Origin: an uncultured Chloroflexia bacterium
GTDB lineage: Bacteria > Chloroflexota > Limnocylindria > Limnocylindrales > CSP1-4
Length of the DNA: 64,000 nt
Reading direction: 5' to 3'
Assembly (NCBI GenBank): GCA_963746845.1
Contig: CAVVCZ010000004.1
Location: forward strand, 288,001 to 352,000
The position numbers and the translations under genes were made by a program. Below the pieces are notes generated by a model. The model searched no databases. It was given only the letters and a program-made list of their open reading frames with translations, and was not told where the DNA came from. This document shows positions 33,941 to 43,876 of this stretch, piece after piece; position 1 is the first letter of the stretch; each line of letters starts with the position of its first letter.

Positions 33941-34079
33941 GTGTGGGTGACACACGCGACAACGCAACAGCCTGATGCACGTGTGCGTGACACACCGGCG
34001 CGAGCAGCTGACGACCGTCCGAGCGTGAGCGGGCCGAATGGGTTGCCACCCGCTCGTCCTCGCGTGGGGGTGACACACG
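33941..34079. repeat. Three copies of GTG(T/G)G(G/C)GTGACACAC
   Basis: 33941-33956, 33981-33996 and 34064-34079. Confidence 0.7.
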
Positions 34080-34225
34080 GACGGCAACGTCGAGGCACGC
34101 GCGAGAGGCGTGAAGAGCGCGCGCGAGGGAGCGCGACCGCCGCCTGAAACCTTTACGCGACGGGCCGGCTCAAGGTGGCAGAAGGTCGACGGATCGTCGG
34201 CCGCCACCGGAGAAGCCCAACCATC

Positions 34226-34720
34226 ATGGATGTCAAGAACCGCCTCGCCCGAAGCGTCGCCGTCTCGACGGTCGCCCTGTTCGTCGTGACCGGCGCCGTC
34301 CTCGGCGCCAACGCCCTGACCCAGCCGAGCCCGACCGGCACGGCCGTGCCGGTCGCCGCGACCGACGCCACCATCGAGCCCACCGAGACCGCCGAGCCCA
34401 CGGACACGGCCGAGCCGACGGAGACCGCGGAGGCGACCGAGACTGCCGAGCCTGCCGGGACGGCCGAGCCGGCCGGGACGGCCGCGCCGGCCGGGACGGC
34501 CGAACCCACCGCGACCGCCGATGACCACGGCGGCCAGGGCGAGGTCGAGGCGACCGACGACCACGGCGCGACCGCCGACGACAACGACCAGCACGAGCAG
34601 GGCGAGGACGCGAACGACGACTCCGGCACCCAGGGCTCGGGGAGCGACAACTCCGGCACCGGCTCCACCAGCTCGGGGCACGGCCATGACGGCTCAGAGG
34701 ACGAGTCCGGCGATCACTGA
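34226..34720 (+). CDS. Secreted low-complexity acidic protein (PTETAE/PAGTAE repeats, DDHG motifs)
   Basis: Signal peptide; 18-nt tandem repeats; D/E/H-rich tail. Confidence 0.75.
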   Translation: MDVKNRLARSVAVSTVALFVVTGAVLGANALTQPSPTGTAVPVAATDATIEPTETAEPTDTAEPTETAEATETAEPAGTAEPAGTAAPAGTAEPTATADDHGGQGEVEATDDHGATADDNDQHEQGEDANDDSGTQGSGSDNSGTGSTSSGHGHDGSEDESGDH

Positions 34721-34759
34721 CCACCAGAAACCGCGCCGACAGCGCGCCCGAACGGAACC

Positions 34760-35407
34760 GTGGACCATGGACGGACGCTCGACGGCCCGTCCACGGTCTC
34801 GTCAGTCAACGGGGAGCGAGCCACGGCATCGTCGACCATCCACCGCCCACCCCTGGCCGATCTCGACGACGAGGCGGCCGTCGAAGCCGTGCTCGCCGGT
34901 GACCGGGACGCGTTCCGGGTCCTCGTCGACCGAGAGGGCGCCGCGGTCGTCCGAGCGTGTCATCGGATCCTCGGTGACGTGCACGAGGCCGAGGATGCAG
35001 CCCAGGAGGCATTCGTGACGGCGTTCCGCAGCCTCGCCGGATGGCGGGCCGAAGGCCCGTTCGGTGCGTGGCTCACGCGGATCGCCGTCCGGATCGCGCT
35101 CCGCCGTGTCGGGGCCCGGCGCGACGTCACGTGGCTGGACCCGATGAACCCACCCGCCGCCCTCGACCGCGCCGGAGGCCCCGATCCCGCGACGAGCGCG
35201 CTCCGATCGGAGCGGGCCGCCGATGTTCGCGCGGCGGTCGCCCGACTGGACGAGCCGTACCGTGAGGTCGTCGCGCTGCGGTTCTTCGGCGACCTCAGCC
35301 TCGACGAGATCGCCCGCCAGACCGGCCGTCCCGTCCCGACCGTCAAGACCCATCTCCGACGCGGCCTCATCCGGCTGCGCTCCGTCGTCGAAGGGAGCCC
35401 GTCGTGA
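34760..35407 (+). CDS. ECF RNA polymerase sigma-70 factor
   Basis: AEDAAQEAFVTAF, FGAWLTRIA, TVKTHLRRG. Confidence 0.9.
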   Translation: MDHGRTLDGPSTVSSVNGERATASSTIHRPPLADLDDEAAVEAVLAGDRDAFRVLVDREGAAVVRACHRILGDVHEAEDAAQEAFVTAFRSLAGWRAEGPFGAWLTRIAVRIALRRVGARRDVTWLDPMNPPAALDRAGGPDPATSALRSERAADVRAAVARLDEPYREVVALRFFGDLSLDEIARQTGRPVPTVKTHLRRGLIRLRSVVEGSPS

Positions 35408-36102
35408 CCGGCGATCGCTCGAACCTTCCCGGCGACGAGGACCGCCTCGTGCGCGAGATGACGGACGAGCTGGAGGCACTCATGGCGGGGCCGGCCGTCG
35501 CGCCCGAGGACGGGTTCACCGATCGCGTGATGGCCTCGATCGCGGGCGAGCCGCTCCCGCAGCCGGTCCGGGCGTTCACGCTGGCGCTGCTCGGAGGCCG
35601 GCTCCGTGCGGCTGGGTCGTCCCTCGGCGACGCCTGGCGGGTCGCGACGAGCGGGTTCGCGCCGGCCGTCGTCCGCGCACAGGCGCTGGCGCTCGTGCTC
35701 GCGGTGAGCGTGGCGACCATCGCGCTGGCCGGCGGGGCCACCGTCGGGGCGATGAACCTGCTGACCCCGCCGGCGACCCCGTCCAATCCGACACCGAGCC
35801 CGAGCCCCACACCGAGCACGTCACCGTCCCCAAGCCCGTCCGCGGAGCCGACGGACGGCGCATCGCCGACGGAGACGATCGAGCCGTCGGAGACGCCCGA
35901 ACCGACCGCGACCGACGACCACGGCGGTCGAACGGCGTCACCCACGGCGACCGGGACCGACGATCGCGGCGGCGGTTCCGGAAGCGGCGATTCCGGTGGT
36001 GGCGGCTCGGGAAGCGGGTCGGATGGAGGGGGCTCCGGGAAGCAAGGGACGCCCGAACCGACCGAATCCGACGATCACGGCGGCGGCGGGAGCGACGGCT
36101 AG
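35404..36102 (+). CDS. Putative anti-sigma factor with disordered DDHGG-containing tail
   Basis: GTGA overlap; FTDRVMASI motif, TM, P/S/T linker, DDHGG x2. Confidence 0.7.
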   Translation: MTGDRSNLPGDEDRLVREMTDELEALMAGPAVAPEDGFTDRVMASIAGEPLPQPVRAFTLALLGGRLRAAGSSLGDAWRVATSGFAPAVVRAQALALVLAVSVATIALAGGATVGAMNLLTPPATPSNPTPSPSPTPSTSPSPSPSAEPTDGASPTETIEPSETPEPTATDDHGGRTASPTATGTDDRGGGSGSGDSGGGGSGSGSDGGGSGKQGTPEPTESDDHGGGGSDG

Positions 36103-36129
36103 CGATCCCGGGCGGCCGGTCCCCGACCC

Positions 36130-36828
36130 GTGGGTCGCGGTACGCTCTCGCTCGTGATCGCGGTTGTCGGGAACCCCGTGGGTCGGCGCGCTCGCGGCGC
36201 CATCGCCGCGGCCGGTCTCCCGGTCGCGATCGCGAGGGCCGCAGCGGCCGCCGGCGCGGACGTCCAGGTGATCGGGAAGGTCGGCGAGGGTGCCGATGGC
36301 GACGCGGTCCTGCTGTCGCTGGCCACGCTGGGCGTCGGTCATGTGGCCCTGCTCCGGGACCCGGCGCCGGCATCGATCGAGACCGATGGGACAGGCGTGG
36401 ATCCGGACCTCCCGATCGACGAGCTCGCGGGTCTGGATGACGGTGCAGCCGACCTCATCGAACCGGACGCCGCGGCTTCGCCGGGTCCCGGCCTCGAGTC
36501 GGCCGACCTGGCGCTCGCGCTCCAGTACCTGCCCGACTATCGGGTCGTCGTCGTCGCCCAACCACTCGACGCCGCGGCGCTCGCCGCGGCGGCCGAAGCC
36601 GCCGGCTGGTCCGGCGCACGGCTCGTGGTCGTCACCGCCGACGAGCGATCGCCGGTCGCGACCCTGCCGGATGACGCCACGATCCTCGAGGCCCCGGCCG
36701 ACGACGCCGAGGGCGCCTTCGCCTCGCTCGTCGGCCGGTACGCGGCCGCGCTCGACGCCGGATCGTCGCCGGCGGACGCGTTCGCCGCGGCGTCGGGCGC
36801 GACCGGCTGGGCCGCCGTGGCCGACTGA
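36130..36828 (+). CDS. Hypothetical protein (remote PfkB-like N-terminus)
   Basis: VIGKVGEGADGDAVL resembles the PfkB GxVGxDxxG motif. Confidence 0.55.
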   Translation: MGRGTLSLVIAVVGNPVGRRARGAIAAAGLPVAIARAAAAAGADVQVIGKVGEGADGDAVLLSLATLGVGHVALLRDPAPASIETDGTGVDPDLPIDELAGLDDGAADLIEPDAAASPGPGLESADLALALQYLPDYRVVVVAQPLDAAALAAAAEAAGWSGARLVVVTADERSPVATLPDDATILEAPADDAEGAFASLVGRYAAALDAGSSPADAFAAASGATGWAAVAD

Positions 36829-36831
36829 CGG

Positions 36832-37551
36832 CTAGTCGAACAGCCCGGGCGGCCCCGACGTGGCCGTCGCGAGCGACGCGAGGTCGATCGGGTCCACCAG
36901 CTCCGGGCCGTCATTCCGGACGTTGTTCACCAGGTCGCGGACGGGCTCGATCCGCAGCTCGACCTCGTCGGTCGGCTCGAACAGGCCCTGCAGCTCGGAC
37001 GGGTCGGCCAGGTCCGGGTCCAGCCACAGGTCCCACGAGCGCTCCGGCACGACGACGGGCATCCGGTCGTGGAGTGCCGCCATCTGCTCGTTCGGCGCGG
37101 TCGTGATGATCGAGAACGTCCGGACGACAGCGTCTCTCGCCGGGTCGCGCCAGCCGGACCAGAGACCGGCGAGGGCGAGCGGCCGTCGATCGGCCCGCCC
37201 GACCGTGAACGGCTGGCGCCGCCCGGCGATCCGCTGCCACTCGTAGAACCCGTCGACCGGGACGAGGCAGCGCTTCCGGCGAAGGGCGTCGGCGAACGCG
37301 GGCGACCGCGACAGGGTCTCCGAGCGGGCATTGAACATCCGTGATGCGACCTTGGCGTTGTCGGCCCAGTGCGGGATCAACCCCCAGCGCCAGGCGACGA
37401 TCGCGCGGCGCCCCTCGCGCTGGGCGACGACATACGCCTCGTCGGTCGGGGCGATGTTCCAGCGCGGTCCGAGCTCGTCGGTGAGCGGTTCGGCCGCGAA
37501 GATCTCCGCCAGCTCGGACGCCGGTCGCTGCTGGCTGAACCGTCCACACAT
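36832..37551 (-). CDS. SOS response-associated peptidase (SRAP/YedK, abasic-site protection)
   Basis: MCGRF, NIAPT, WGLIP, NARSET, GFYEW and HDRMP. Confidence 0.95.
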   Translation of the reverse strand: MCGRFSQQRPASELAEIFAAEPLTDELGPRWNIAPTDEAYVVAQREGRRAIVAWRWGLIPHWADNAKVASRMFNARSETLSRSPAFADALRRKRCLVPVDGFYEWQRIAGRRQPFTVGRADRRPLALAGLWSGWRDPARDAVVRTFSIITTAPNEQMAALHDRMPVVVPERSWDLWLDPDLADPSELQGLFEPTDEVELRIEPVRDLVNNVRNDGPELVDPIDLASLATATSGPPGLFD

Positions 37552-37592
37552 GCCCGGCAAGTCTAGACGCGCGTCCTGTATCGTCCCGGGCG

Positions 37593-38819
37593 ATGGACCA
37601 CCCCCAGGGTTCGCGGCCGGCCGTCGATCCTCGCGTCACCGGACCGCTCAGCCCTGAGGCCGCAGCCACGCTGCTCGACCAGGGCCGGGCGCTGCTGGAT
37701 GCCGGGGACTTCGGCCAGGCGCTCGCCACGTACCAGCGCGTCGTCGGCTTCGACGACCCCGAGGTGACGGCGGCCGCGCTCCTCGGCATGGCCCAGGCAC
37801 GCTACCGGATGGACGACGATGACAATGCCCTCCGGACCTGGGAGGCGGTCCTCGAGCTGCCCGAGACGACCTCCACGTACGCGGCCTGGCGGAACGTCGC
37901 GGCCGCCCGCGTCCGCGACGGCGACCTCAACGGCGCGATCGCCGCGTACCGCGAAGCGGACCGTCGGGCGCCGGCCGAGGACAAGGCGGAGATCGCGAAC
38001 CGGCTTGGCTGGTTGGCCAAGGAGACCGGCAACGTCCGTGCGTCGCGCCGGTACTTCGCCCGTGGGCGCGGGAGCTACCTGCCGGTCGCGACGTATTCGA
38101 TCCTCGGGATCACCGTCGCCGTCTCGCTTGCGGCGGCGTTCGCCGCCGACGGGGCGAAGATCTACGAGGCCCTCTGGCTCGACAAGGTCCTGATCGCGAT
38201 CGGCCAGCTGTGGAGGTTGGTCACGGTCACCCTCGTCCACGGCGACAAGCCGCCGGCCGAGCTGTCGCTGACGCTCGTCCACCTGCTCGGCAACATGTAC
38301 GCGCTGTACCTGGTCGGGCCGATCGTTGAGCGGTTGTACGGCCCATCCCGGCTCGTCGCGTTCTACATCGTCGCGGCGATCGGCGGATCACTGACGACGT
38401 TCGCGTTCGGCGAGGCGCAGTTCGGGACCGGCGCGTCCGGCGCGATCTTCGGCCTCTTCGGCGTCCTGTTCGCGGCGACGCGGCTGCATCTCCCGGTGCT
38501 CGATCGGGCGAGCCGCAACGTCGCCGGCCAGATCGGGATCCTGATCGTCATCAACATCGCGTTCGGGCTGAGCAGCGGGATCGTGGACAACATGGCCCAT
38601 ATCGGCGGGCTCGTGACGGGCGTCCTGCTCGCGGTCGCCTTCCCGCCCGGCAAGGTCCCGACCCTCCGCGCGATGTGGCAGCCGGGCGCCGACGGTCAGA
38701 TCGCGTCGGGCAACATCCTCGCGAGCCCGATGGCCCGGATCGGCTCGATCGCGCTCCTGGTCGTCCTGATGGCCGTGACGGCGGTGATCGGCTTCAACGC
38801 GTGGGGACCGCCGGGCTGA
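37593..38819 (+). CDS. Rhomboid family intramembrane serine protease with N-terminal TPRs
   Basis: WRLVT, HLLGNM, GASG and AHIGG; TPR helices at the N-terminus. Confidence 0.9.
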   Translation: MDHPQGSRPAVDPRVTGPLSPEAAATLLDQGRALLDAGDFGQALATYQRVVGFDDPEVTAAALLGMAQARYRMDDDDNALRTWEAVLELPETTSTYAAWRNVAAARVRDGDLNGAIAAYREADRRAPAEDKAEIANRLGWLAKETGNVRASRRYFARGRGSYLPVATYSILGITVAVSLAAAFAADGAKIYEALWLDKVLIAIGQLWRLVTVTLVHGDKPPAELSLTLVHLLGNMYALYLVGPIVERLYGPSRLVAFYIVAAIGGSLTTFAFGEAQFGTGASGAIFGLFGVLFAATRLHLPVLDRASRNVAGQIGILIVINIAFGLSSGIVDNMAHIGGLVTGVLLAVAFPPGKVPTLRAMWQPGADGQIASGNILASPMARIGSIALLVVLMAVTAVIGFNAWGPPG

Positions 38820-40272
38820 CCATCGGCCGCTCCGGTGGGCTGACCGGCAGGACCACGCTGACGCGCGCGCCGTGGGGCGCGAGGTTCTCCGCGATCGCCG
38901 AGCCACCGTGGGCACGGGCGAGCTCGCGGACGATCGCCAGTCCGAGCCCGCTCCCGGACCCCGATCGCGACGGGTCGCCGCGGTAGAACCGCTCGAACGC
39001 ACGGTCGGTGCCGCCGGGCGGGAAGCCGGGGCCGTCGTCGACCACCGAGAACGCGATCGCTTCGCCGGGGACGCCGGCGGCTCCGTCCACGCGACGCGCC
39101 TCCAGCCGGACATGACCGCCCGGCCCGACGATCCCGAGGGCGTTGTCGACGAGGTTGCCGAGGATCCGGTCGAGGGCCAGCCGATCGGCCGCCAGCGACC
39201 GGGGCGTGTCATCGCCGCCGTCGCCGTCGGGCGGGTCGGCGAGGGCGAGCTCGATCCCGGAACCCTCGGCGCGCGCGGCGAAGCGATCGAACGTGGCCGC
39301 GAGGACCGCGTCGGCGTCCAGTGGCTCCAGGTGGAGCGTGTCACTGCCCGTCCGGAGCCGGTCGATCGCGCCGAGCTCCCCGACGAGCCGCTCGAGCCGC
39401 GCCGTCTCCTCCGCGATCGCCGCCGCTGCGCGCTCGGCCGCCTCGCCGGTCGCCGTGCCGTCCGCGAGGGCGGCCGCATAGCCGCCGATCACCGTGAGCG
39501 GGGTCCGGAGGTCGTGGCGCAGGTCGGCCAGCAGCTCACTCTCGCGGGCCCGGCTCCGGGCCAGCTCGATCGCGAGGACGTTGACGCGCTCGGTCAGCTC
39601 CCGGACCTCGCGCGGACCCGAGGCCGGGAGGGGCTCGGTCGGCGCCGTCACCGGGTCGATGAGCGCGTTGGCCCGGCCGGCGAGCCGGCCGAGGGGCCGC
39701 GCGACGGAACGCGAGAGGAGCACGGCCAGCGGCGCGCCGACGAGAAGCGTGACCAGGATCACGATCGGGAGCGTCCGGGTGACGTCGCGAACCGCCGAGG
39801 CACCGGACGTGTCGACCTGCGAGAGGAGGACGGCCCGGTACGGAGTCGCGTTCGGGCCGCGCAGGACGAGCGCGGCGTAGTCGTGGCTCGTCGCCGTCCG
39901 TGAAGCTCGGTCATCCCGGTCAGGGTCTCGCCGATGCGGGTATCGGTCGGGATGACGATCGGGTCGACGGGGGAGGGGTCGGTCGCCCCGATCTCGACGA
40001 TCGATCCGTCCGTCGCGAGGAGCTGGACGGTGACGCCGCGTGTCGGCCACCTCCGACCGGATCTGGTTGACGACCTGGCGCACCTCGCGATCGACGACGG
40101 CGGTCCGGATCCGGACGGCAAGCGTCTGGGCGATGTCCGCGAGCGAGCTCGACGTGGCCTCGGCGTGGAGGCCGCGCAGGACGACGAGCATCGTCGCCCC
40201 GATCGCCAGCCAGAGCACGATCGCGAGGAGCGCGAACGCACCGACGATCCGGCCGGTGAGGCTGGCGGGCAC
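38794..40272 (-). CDS. HAMP-domain sensor histidine kinase (locally frameshifted 39890-40045)
   Basis: HDLRTPL, NLVDNA, DDGPG, FERFYRGD and GSGLGLAI. Confidence 0.9.
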   Translation of the reverse strand: MPASLTGRIVGAFALLAIVLWLAIGATMLVVLRGLHAEATSSSLADIAQTLAVRIRTAVVDREVRQVVNQIRSEVADTRRHRPAPRDGRIDRRDRGDRPLPRRPDRHPDRYPHRRDPDRDDRASRTATSHDYAALVLRGPNATPYRAVLLSQVDTSGASAVRDVTRTLPIVILVTLLVGAPLAVLLSRSVARPLGRLAGRANALIDPVTAPTEPLPASGPREVRELTERVNVLAIELARSRARESELLADLRHDLRTPLTVIGGYAAALADGTATGEAAERAAAAIAEETARLERLVGELGAIDRLRTGSDTLHLEPLDADAVLAATFDRFAARAEGSGIELALADPPDGDGGDDTPRSLAADRLALDRILGNLVDNALGIVGPGGHVRLEARRVDGAAGVPGEAIAFSVVDDGPGFPPGGTDRAFERFYRGDPSRSGSGSGLGLAIVRELARAHGGSAIAENLAPHGARVSVVLPVSPPERPMVSPAVPTR

Positions 40273-40275
40273 CGG

Positions 40276-40992
40276 TCAGGCTGCCGGCGAGTCGGAGGGC
40301 GATGCGGGGAGGGGTTCGCGGCCCGGCGGGACCAGCCGGTAGCCGACACCGCGGACGGTCTCGATCGGGGGGCCGTCCGGGCCGAGCTTCCGGCGGACCT
40401 CGCCGACGTGGACATCGACCGTCCGCGTCTCGCCCGGGAAGTCGGTGCCCCAGACGTCCTCGAGGAGCATGTCCCGGGTCAGGACCACGCCCGGATCGCG
40501 GGCGAGCGCCGCGAGGAGGTCGAACTCGCGGGCCCGCAGACCGAGGTCCCGGCCGGCGACCGTCGCCTCGCGCCGCCGCGGATCGATCCGGAGCGTGCCC
40601 ACCTCCATCGGCCGGCCGCCGCGGGCGGTGACGTCCGTCCGGCGGAGGATCGCCTTCACGCGGGCGACGAGGGCACGCGGGTTGAACGGCTTCGTCACGT
40701 AGTCGTCCGCGCCGAGCTCGAGACCGACGATCGCGTCGATGTCGTCGTCCCGGGCGGTGAGCATCAGGACCGGCGTGTCGCCCCGGCGGCGGATCTCCCG
40801 ACAGACCTCGAAGCCGTCGAGCCTCGGCAGCATGACGTCGAGCACGACGAGGTCCGGGTCGTGCCGGGCGTGGCGGTCGAGGGCCTCCTGCCCGTCGTAG
40901 GCGGTGACGACCGCGTAGCCCTCCTTCTCGAGGTAGAGCCGGACGAGGTCGACGATGTGGCGCTCGTCATCGACCACGAGGATCGTCTTCAT
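40276..40992 (-). CDS. OmpR-family response regulator
   Basis: VVDDE, LDVMLP, GADDYVTKPF and ETVRGVGY. Confidence 0.95.
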   Translation of the reverse strand: MKTILVVDDERHIVDLVRLYLEKEGYAVVTAYDGQEALDRHARHDPDLVVLDVMLPRLDGFEVCREIRRRGDTPVLMLTARDDDIDAIVGLELGADDYVTKPFNPRALVARVKAILRRTDVTARGGRPMEVGTLRIDPRRREATVAGRDLGLRAREFDLLAALARDPGVVLTRDMLLEDVWGTDFPGETRTVDVHVGEVRRKLGPDGPPIETVRGVGYRLVPPGREPLPASPSDSPAA

Positions 40993-41137
40993 CGCGGCGG
41001 AGGATACGCTGCGCCCGAGCCCGCGATCCCCCCTCGCGTAAGCGGACGGTAAGGCGGGCGTGCGTCAGCGGTGCGCCGACGGCGACGCGGGCACGCCCAC
41101 GGGATGCGCTAGGATCGGGCCCCCGCCCGGAGGCTCC

Positions 41138-41956
41138 ATGTTCTCGACGCTGCTCGGCGCGCTCCCGGCGATCGGCCTGGCCGACATCGAGGGGACCGGC
41201 CTCGAGCTGCTGGCGACGGGCGGCGCACCGGCCGGCCCGGATCGTTCGCCGGACGATGTCGCGGAGGCCTGGGCCGCGGCGGCCGCGACCACCGAACGAC
41301 CGGTGAAGCAGGTCCTCGCCGGTCCGTACTCGGCGGGTCGCGACGGCCCGAGCACCCGACCCATCGCCATCGCCGAGGCGCTGGTCCCGACGATCGACGC
41401 CCTCGTGCGTGCCGGCTGCGCGTTCATCGAGATCGACGAACCCGGGGCGCTCGCGATCGCCGTGATCGCCGGCGAGCGGCGACGGTTCGTCGACGCGCAT
41501 CGGCGTCTGACGGACGGCGCGCCGGCCGTGCATCTGTCCCTCGCCCTGACCGGTGGCAACCATGACGGGGCGGGAGCGTCGACATTCTTCGATCTTCCCT
41601 ACGCGAGCTACGCGTTCGACCTCATCGCCGGTCCGGACGACTGGCGCCTGATCGCGGTCGCGCCCGGGGATCGCGGGATCGTCTGTGGCGCGCTGGACGC
41701 TCGTCCGACTGCCGACGAGATGCCCGAGGTGCTGATCTGGGCTGCCCACTACGCGGCGTCCACGGCCGGGCGCGGGATGGATCGCGTCGGTCTGGCCAAC
41801 GCGCCGTCGCTCGCGGCGCTGCCGCCGGAGGTCGCCCTCCGCAAGCTCCGCCGCGTGGCGGAGGCAGCTCGTCTGGCGGTTTCGTCACGGGCCGACGTCG
41901 AAGCGACCCTTGGCTCGAGGGCGTTCGGTCGCCGACGGCGCACGGACCGGACGTGA
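41138..41956 (+). CDS. MetE/UROD-like TIM-barrel protein
   Basis: VKQVLAGPYS, AGCAFIEIDEP; GGAGG SD. Confidence 0.6.
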   Translation: MFSTLLGALPAIGLADIEGTGLELLATGGAPAGPDRSPDDVAEAWAAAAATTERPVKQVLAGPYSAGRDGPSTRPIAIAEALVPTIDALVRAGCAFIEIDEPGALAIAVIAGERRRFVDAHRRLTDGAPAVHLSLALTGGNHDGAGASTFFDLPYASYAFDLIAGPDDWRLIAVAPGDRGIVCGALDARPTADEMPEVLIWAAHYAASTAGRGMDRVGLANAPSLAALPPEVALRKLRRVAEAARLAVSSRADVEATLGSRAFGRRRRTDRT

Positions 41957-42462
41957 CGTCCGCGCCGGCCCTGCAGCCCCGCCGGTCGGCGGCCTGGTCG
42001 GCGGTCTTCCGCGTGTCGTACCGCCTGATTCGCATCATGTCGCCGCTGCTCGAGTCGTGGCGAGCCAACGGCCTGCCCGGCCTCGACGGCGTCGTCGAGC
42101 TGCGGATGGTCGGCCGGCGGACCGGCCGGCCGCGATGGATCCTCGTGACGTTGATCACCGTCGACGGCCAGGGCTACGTCGGCCATCCGAACGGCGAGGC
42201 CGCCTGGACGCGCAACATCGAGGCCTCCGGCTCGGTCGAGGTCGATCCCTCGGGCCCGACGGGTCCCCGCTACGCGGTCCACCGCCTCCCTGCCGGGCCC
42301 GAGCGCGACTCGGTGGTCCGGGCCACGTGGCGCCAGCAACCGTTCCCGGCGAACCTCCTCTACCGAGCGGCCGGACGGCATGTCGCCGCGGTGGGTGTCT
42401 ACTACCGCCTGGAGGACCGGGCCGCGCCCGAACCGACGGACGACTCGTTCGCCCGCGCCTGA
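41953..42462 (+). CDS. Deazaflavin(F420)-dependent nitroreductase-like protein
   Basis: L...GRRTGRPR and AWTRNIEA motifs. Confidence 0.65.
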   Translation: MTSAPALQPRRSAAWSAVFRVSYRLIRIMSPLLESWRANGLPGLDGVVELRMVGRRTGRPRWILVTLITVDGQGYVGHPNGEAAWTRNIEASGSVEVDPSGPTGPRYAVHRLPAGPERDSVVRATWRQQPFPANLLYRAAGRHVAAVGVYYRLEDRAAPEPTDDSFARA

Positions 42463-42500
42463 TCCCGGCAGACCGACGTGACTCTTCGCCTCCATGCGTC

Positions 42501-42537
42501 TTGACACATGCAATCGAGTGCATACACTCGATTGCAT
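42501..42537 (+). promoter_or_regulatory. Promoter with double LacI-type operator
   Basis: TTGACA-16 nt-TACACT overlapped by ATGCAATCGAGTG-cata-CACTCGATTGCAT. Confidence 0.75.
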
Positions 42538-42832
42538 CGGCCGTCCGACGCGGTGATGTCACTCCGAGCCGTGGCCGAGCATGCGACCGAGATCGCTCGC
42601 GCTTTCGAGCGCTGGACCAGGCGGACTACCAGCTCGCCCGCGGTGAAGGGACCGCGAGCGAGTCTTCGGTCGGCCGAGAACCTCGTCACCAGGTGGCGAG
42701 GACGGCCGCGAAACCGACATCGGGCCGCGGTCGGCCGCGACACGAGGCCTGCGTAGAAGGGAGGTTCGCCAGCGGGGCGGAGACAGGAGACCGGTGACGA
42801 CCGGCAGGATCGGCTACATGGAGGAAATCGAG

Positions 42833-43876
42833 ATGGCGAGACAGGGCATGCGACGTTGGCTGGCGATCCTCGCGACCAGCGCGCTCGTCGTGTTGAGTGC
42901 GTGCAATTCGTCCAGCTCCGCCGCGCCGGCCGCGAGCGGGGGTAGTGCCGGCACGGCCAACGCCCAGTTCTGCTCCGGGGTGAACCTCGTGTTCTTCCCC
43001 GGCGGAACGGCGGGCGGCGGTTTCGAGACGGTCGTCTACAACGGTGCGAAGGCCGCCGAGGCGGCATTCGGGCCCAAGATCACGTACCAGTGGTCCGATT
43101 GGGACCCGAACAAGATGATCACCCAGTTCTCGCAGGCGATGGCGACCAAGCCCGACGGCATCGCCGTCATGGGTCACCCCGGTGATGCCGCCTTCGACCC
43201 GCTCATCAAGCAGGCCGAGGACCAGGGCATCCTCGTCACCGTCATGAACACCGAGCTCGGCAACGCCCAGGCGAGCTACGCGACGAAGGGCCTCGGCTAC
43301 GTCGGTGCGGTCCTGCACGACGCGGGCTCCGCGCTCGCCAACGAGGCCATCGCGCGTGGTGGGCTCAAGTCCGGCGATCGTGCCTTCGTCTGGGGCCTCA
43401 AGGCCCAGGCCGGCCGCGGCGAGCGGACACAGGGGATCATCGACGCGCTCGACAAGGCAGGCCTGAAAGTCGACTACCAGGAGATCGACGACGCGACCAA
43501 CAAGGATCCGGCCAACGGGACGCCGGTCTTCACGGGCTACGCCTCTTCGCATGCTGACGTCAAGGCCATGTTCATCGACCACGGCAACCTGACGTCGACC
43601 ATCCCCACGTACATGAAGGCCGCCAACCTCGCCGCCGGCAGCGTGTACATGGCCGGCTTCGACGCCTCTGCCGCGACGGTGAAGGGGATCCAGGACGGCT
43701 ACATCAGCCTGGTCATCGACCAGCAGCAGTATCTCCAGGGCTTCATGGCCGTCCAACAGCTGTGCCTCACCAAGAAGTACGGCTTCAGCGGCCTGTTCAT
43801 CAACACCGGTGGCGGCTTCGTCGACAAGTCCAACATCGACGCGATCGCCCCGCTGGTGCAACAGCAGATCCGGTAG
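42833..43876 (+). CDS. Sugar ABC transporter substrate-binding lipoprotein
   Basis: Lipobox LSAC; periplasmic binding protein type 1 (KPDGIAV, AGFD, IDQQQYLQG). Confidence 0.9.
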   Translation: MARQGMRRWLAILATSALVVLSACNSSSSAAPAASGGSAGTANAQFCSGVNLVFFPGGTAGGGFETVVYNGAKAAEAAFGPKITYQWSDWDPNKMITQFSQAMATKPDGIAVMGHPGDAAFDPLIKQAEDQGILVTVMNTELGNAQASYATKGLGYVGAVLHDAGSALANEAIARGGLKSGDRAFVWGLKAQAGRGERTQGIIDALDKAGLKVDYQEIDDATNKDPANGTPVFTGYASSHADVKAMFIDHGNLTSTIPTYMKAANLAAGSVYMAGFDASAATVKGIQDGYISLVIDQQQYLQGFMAVQQLCLTKKYGFSGLFINTGGGFVDKSNIDAIAPLVQQQIR

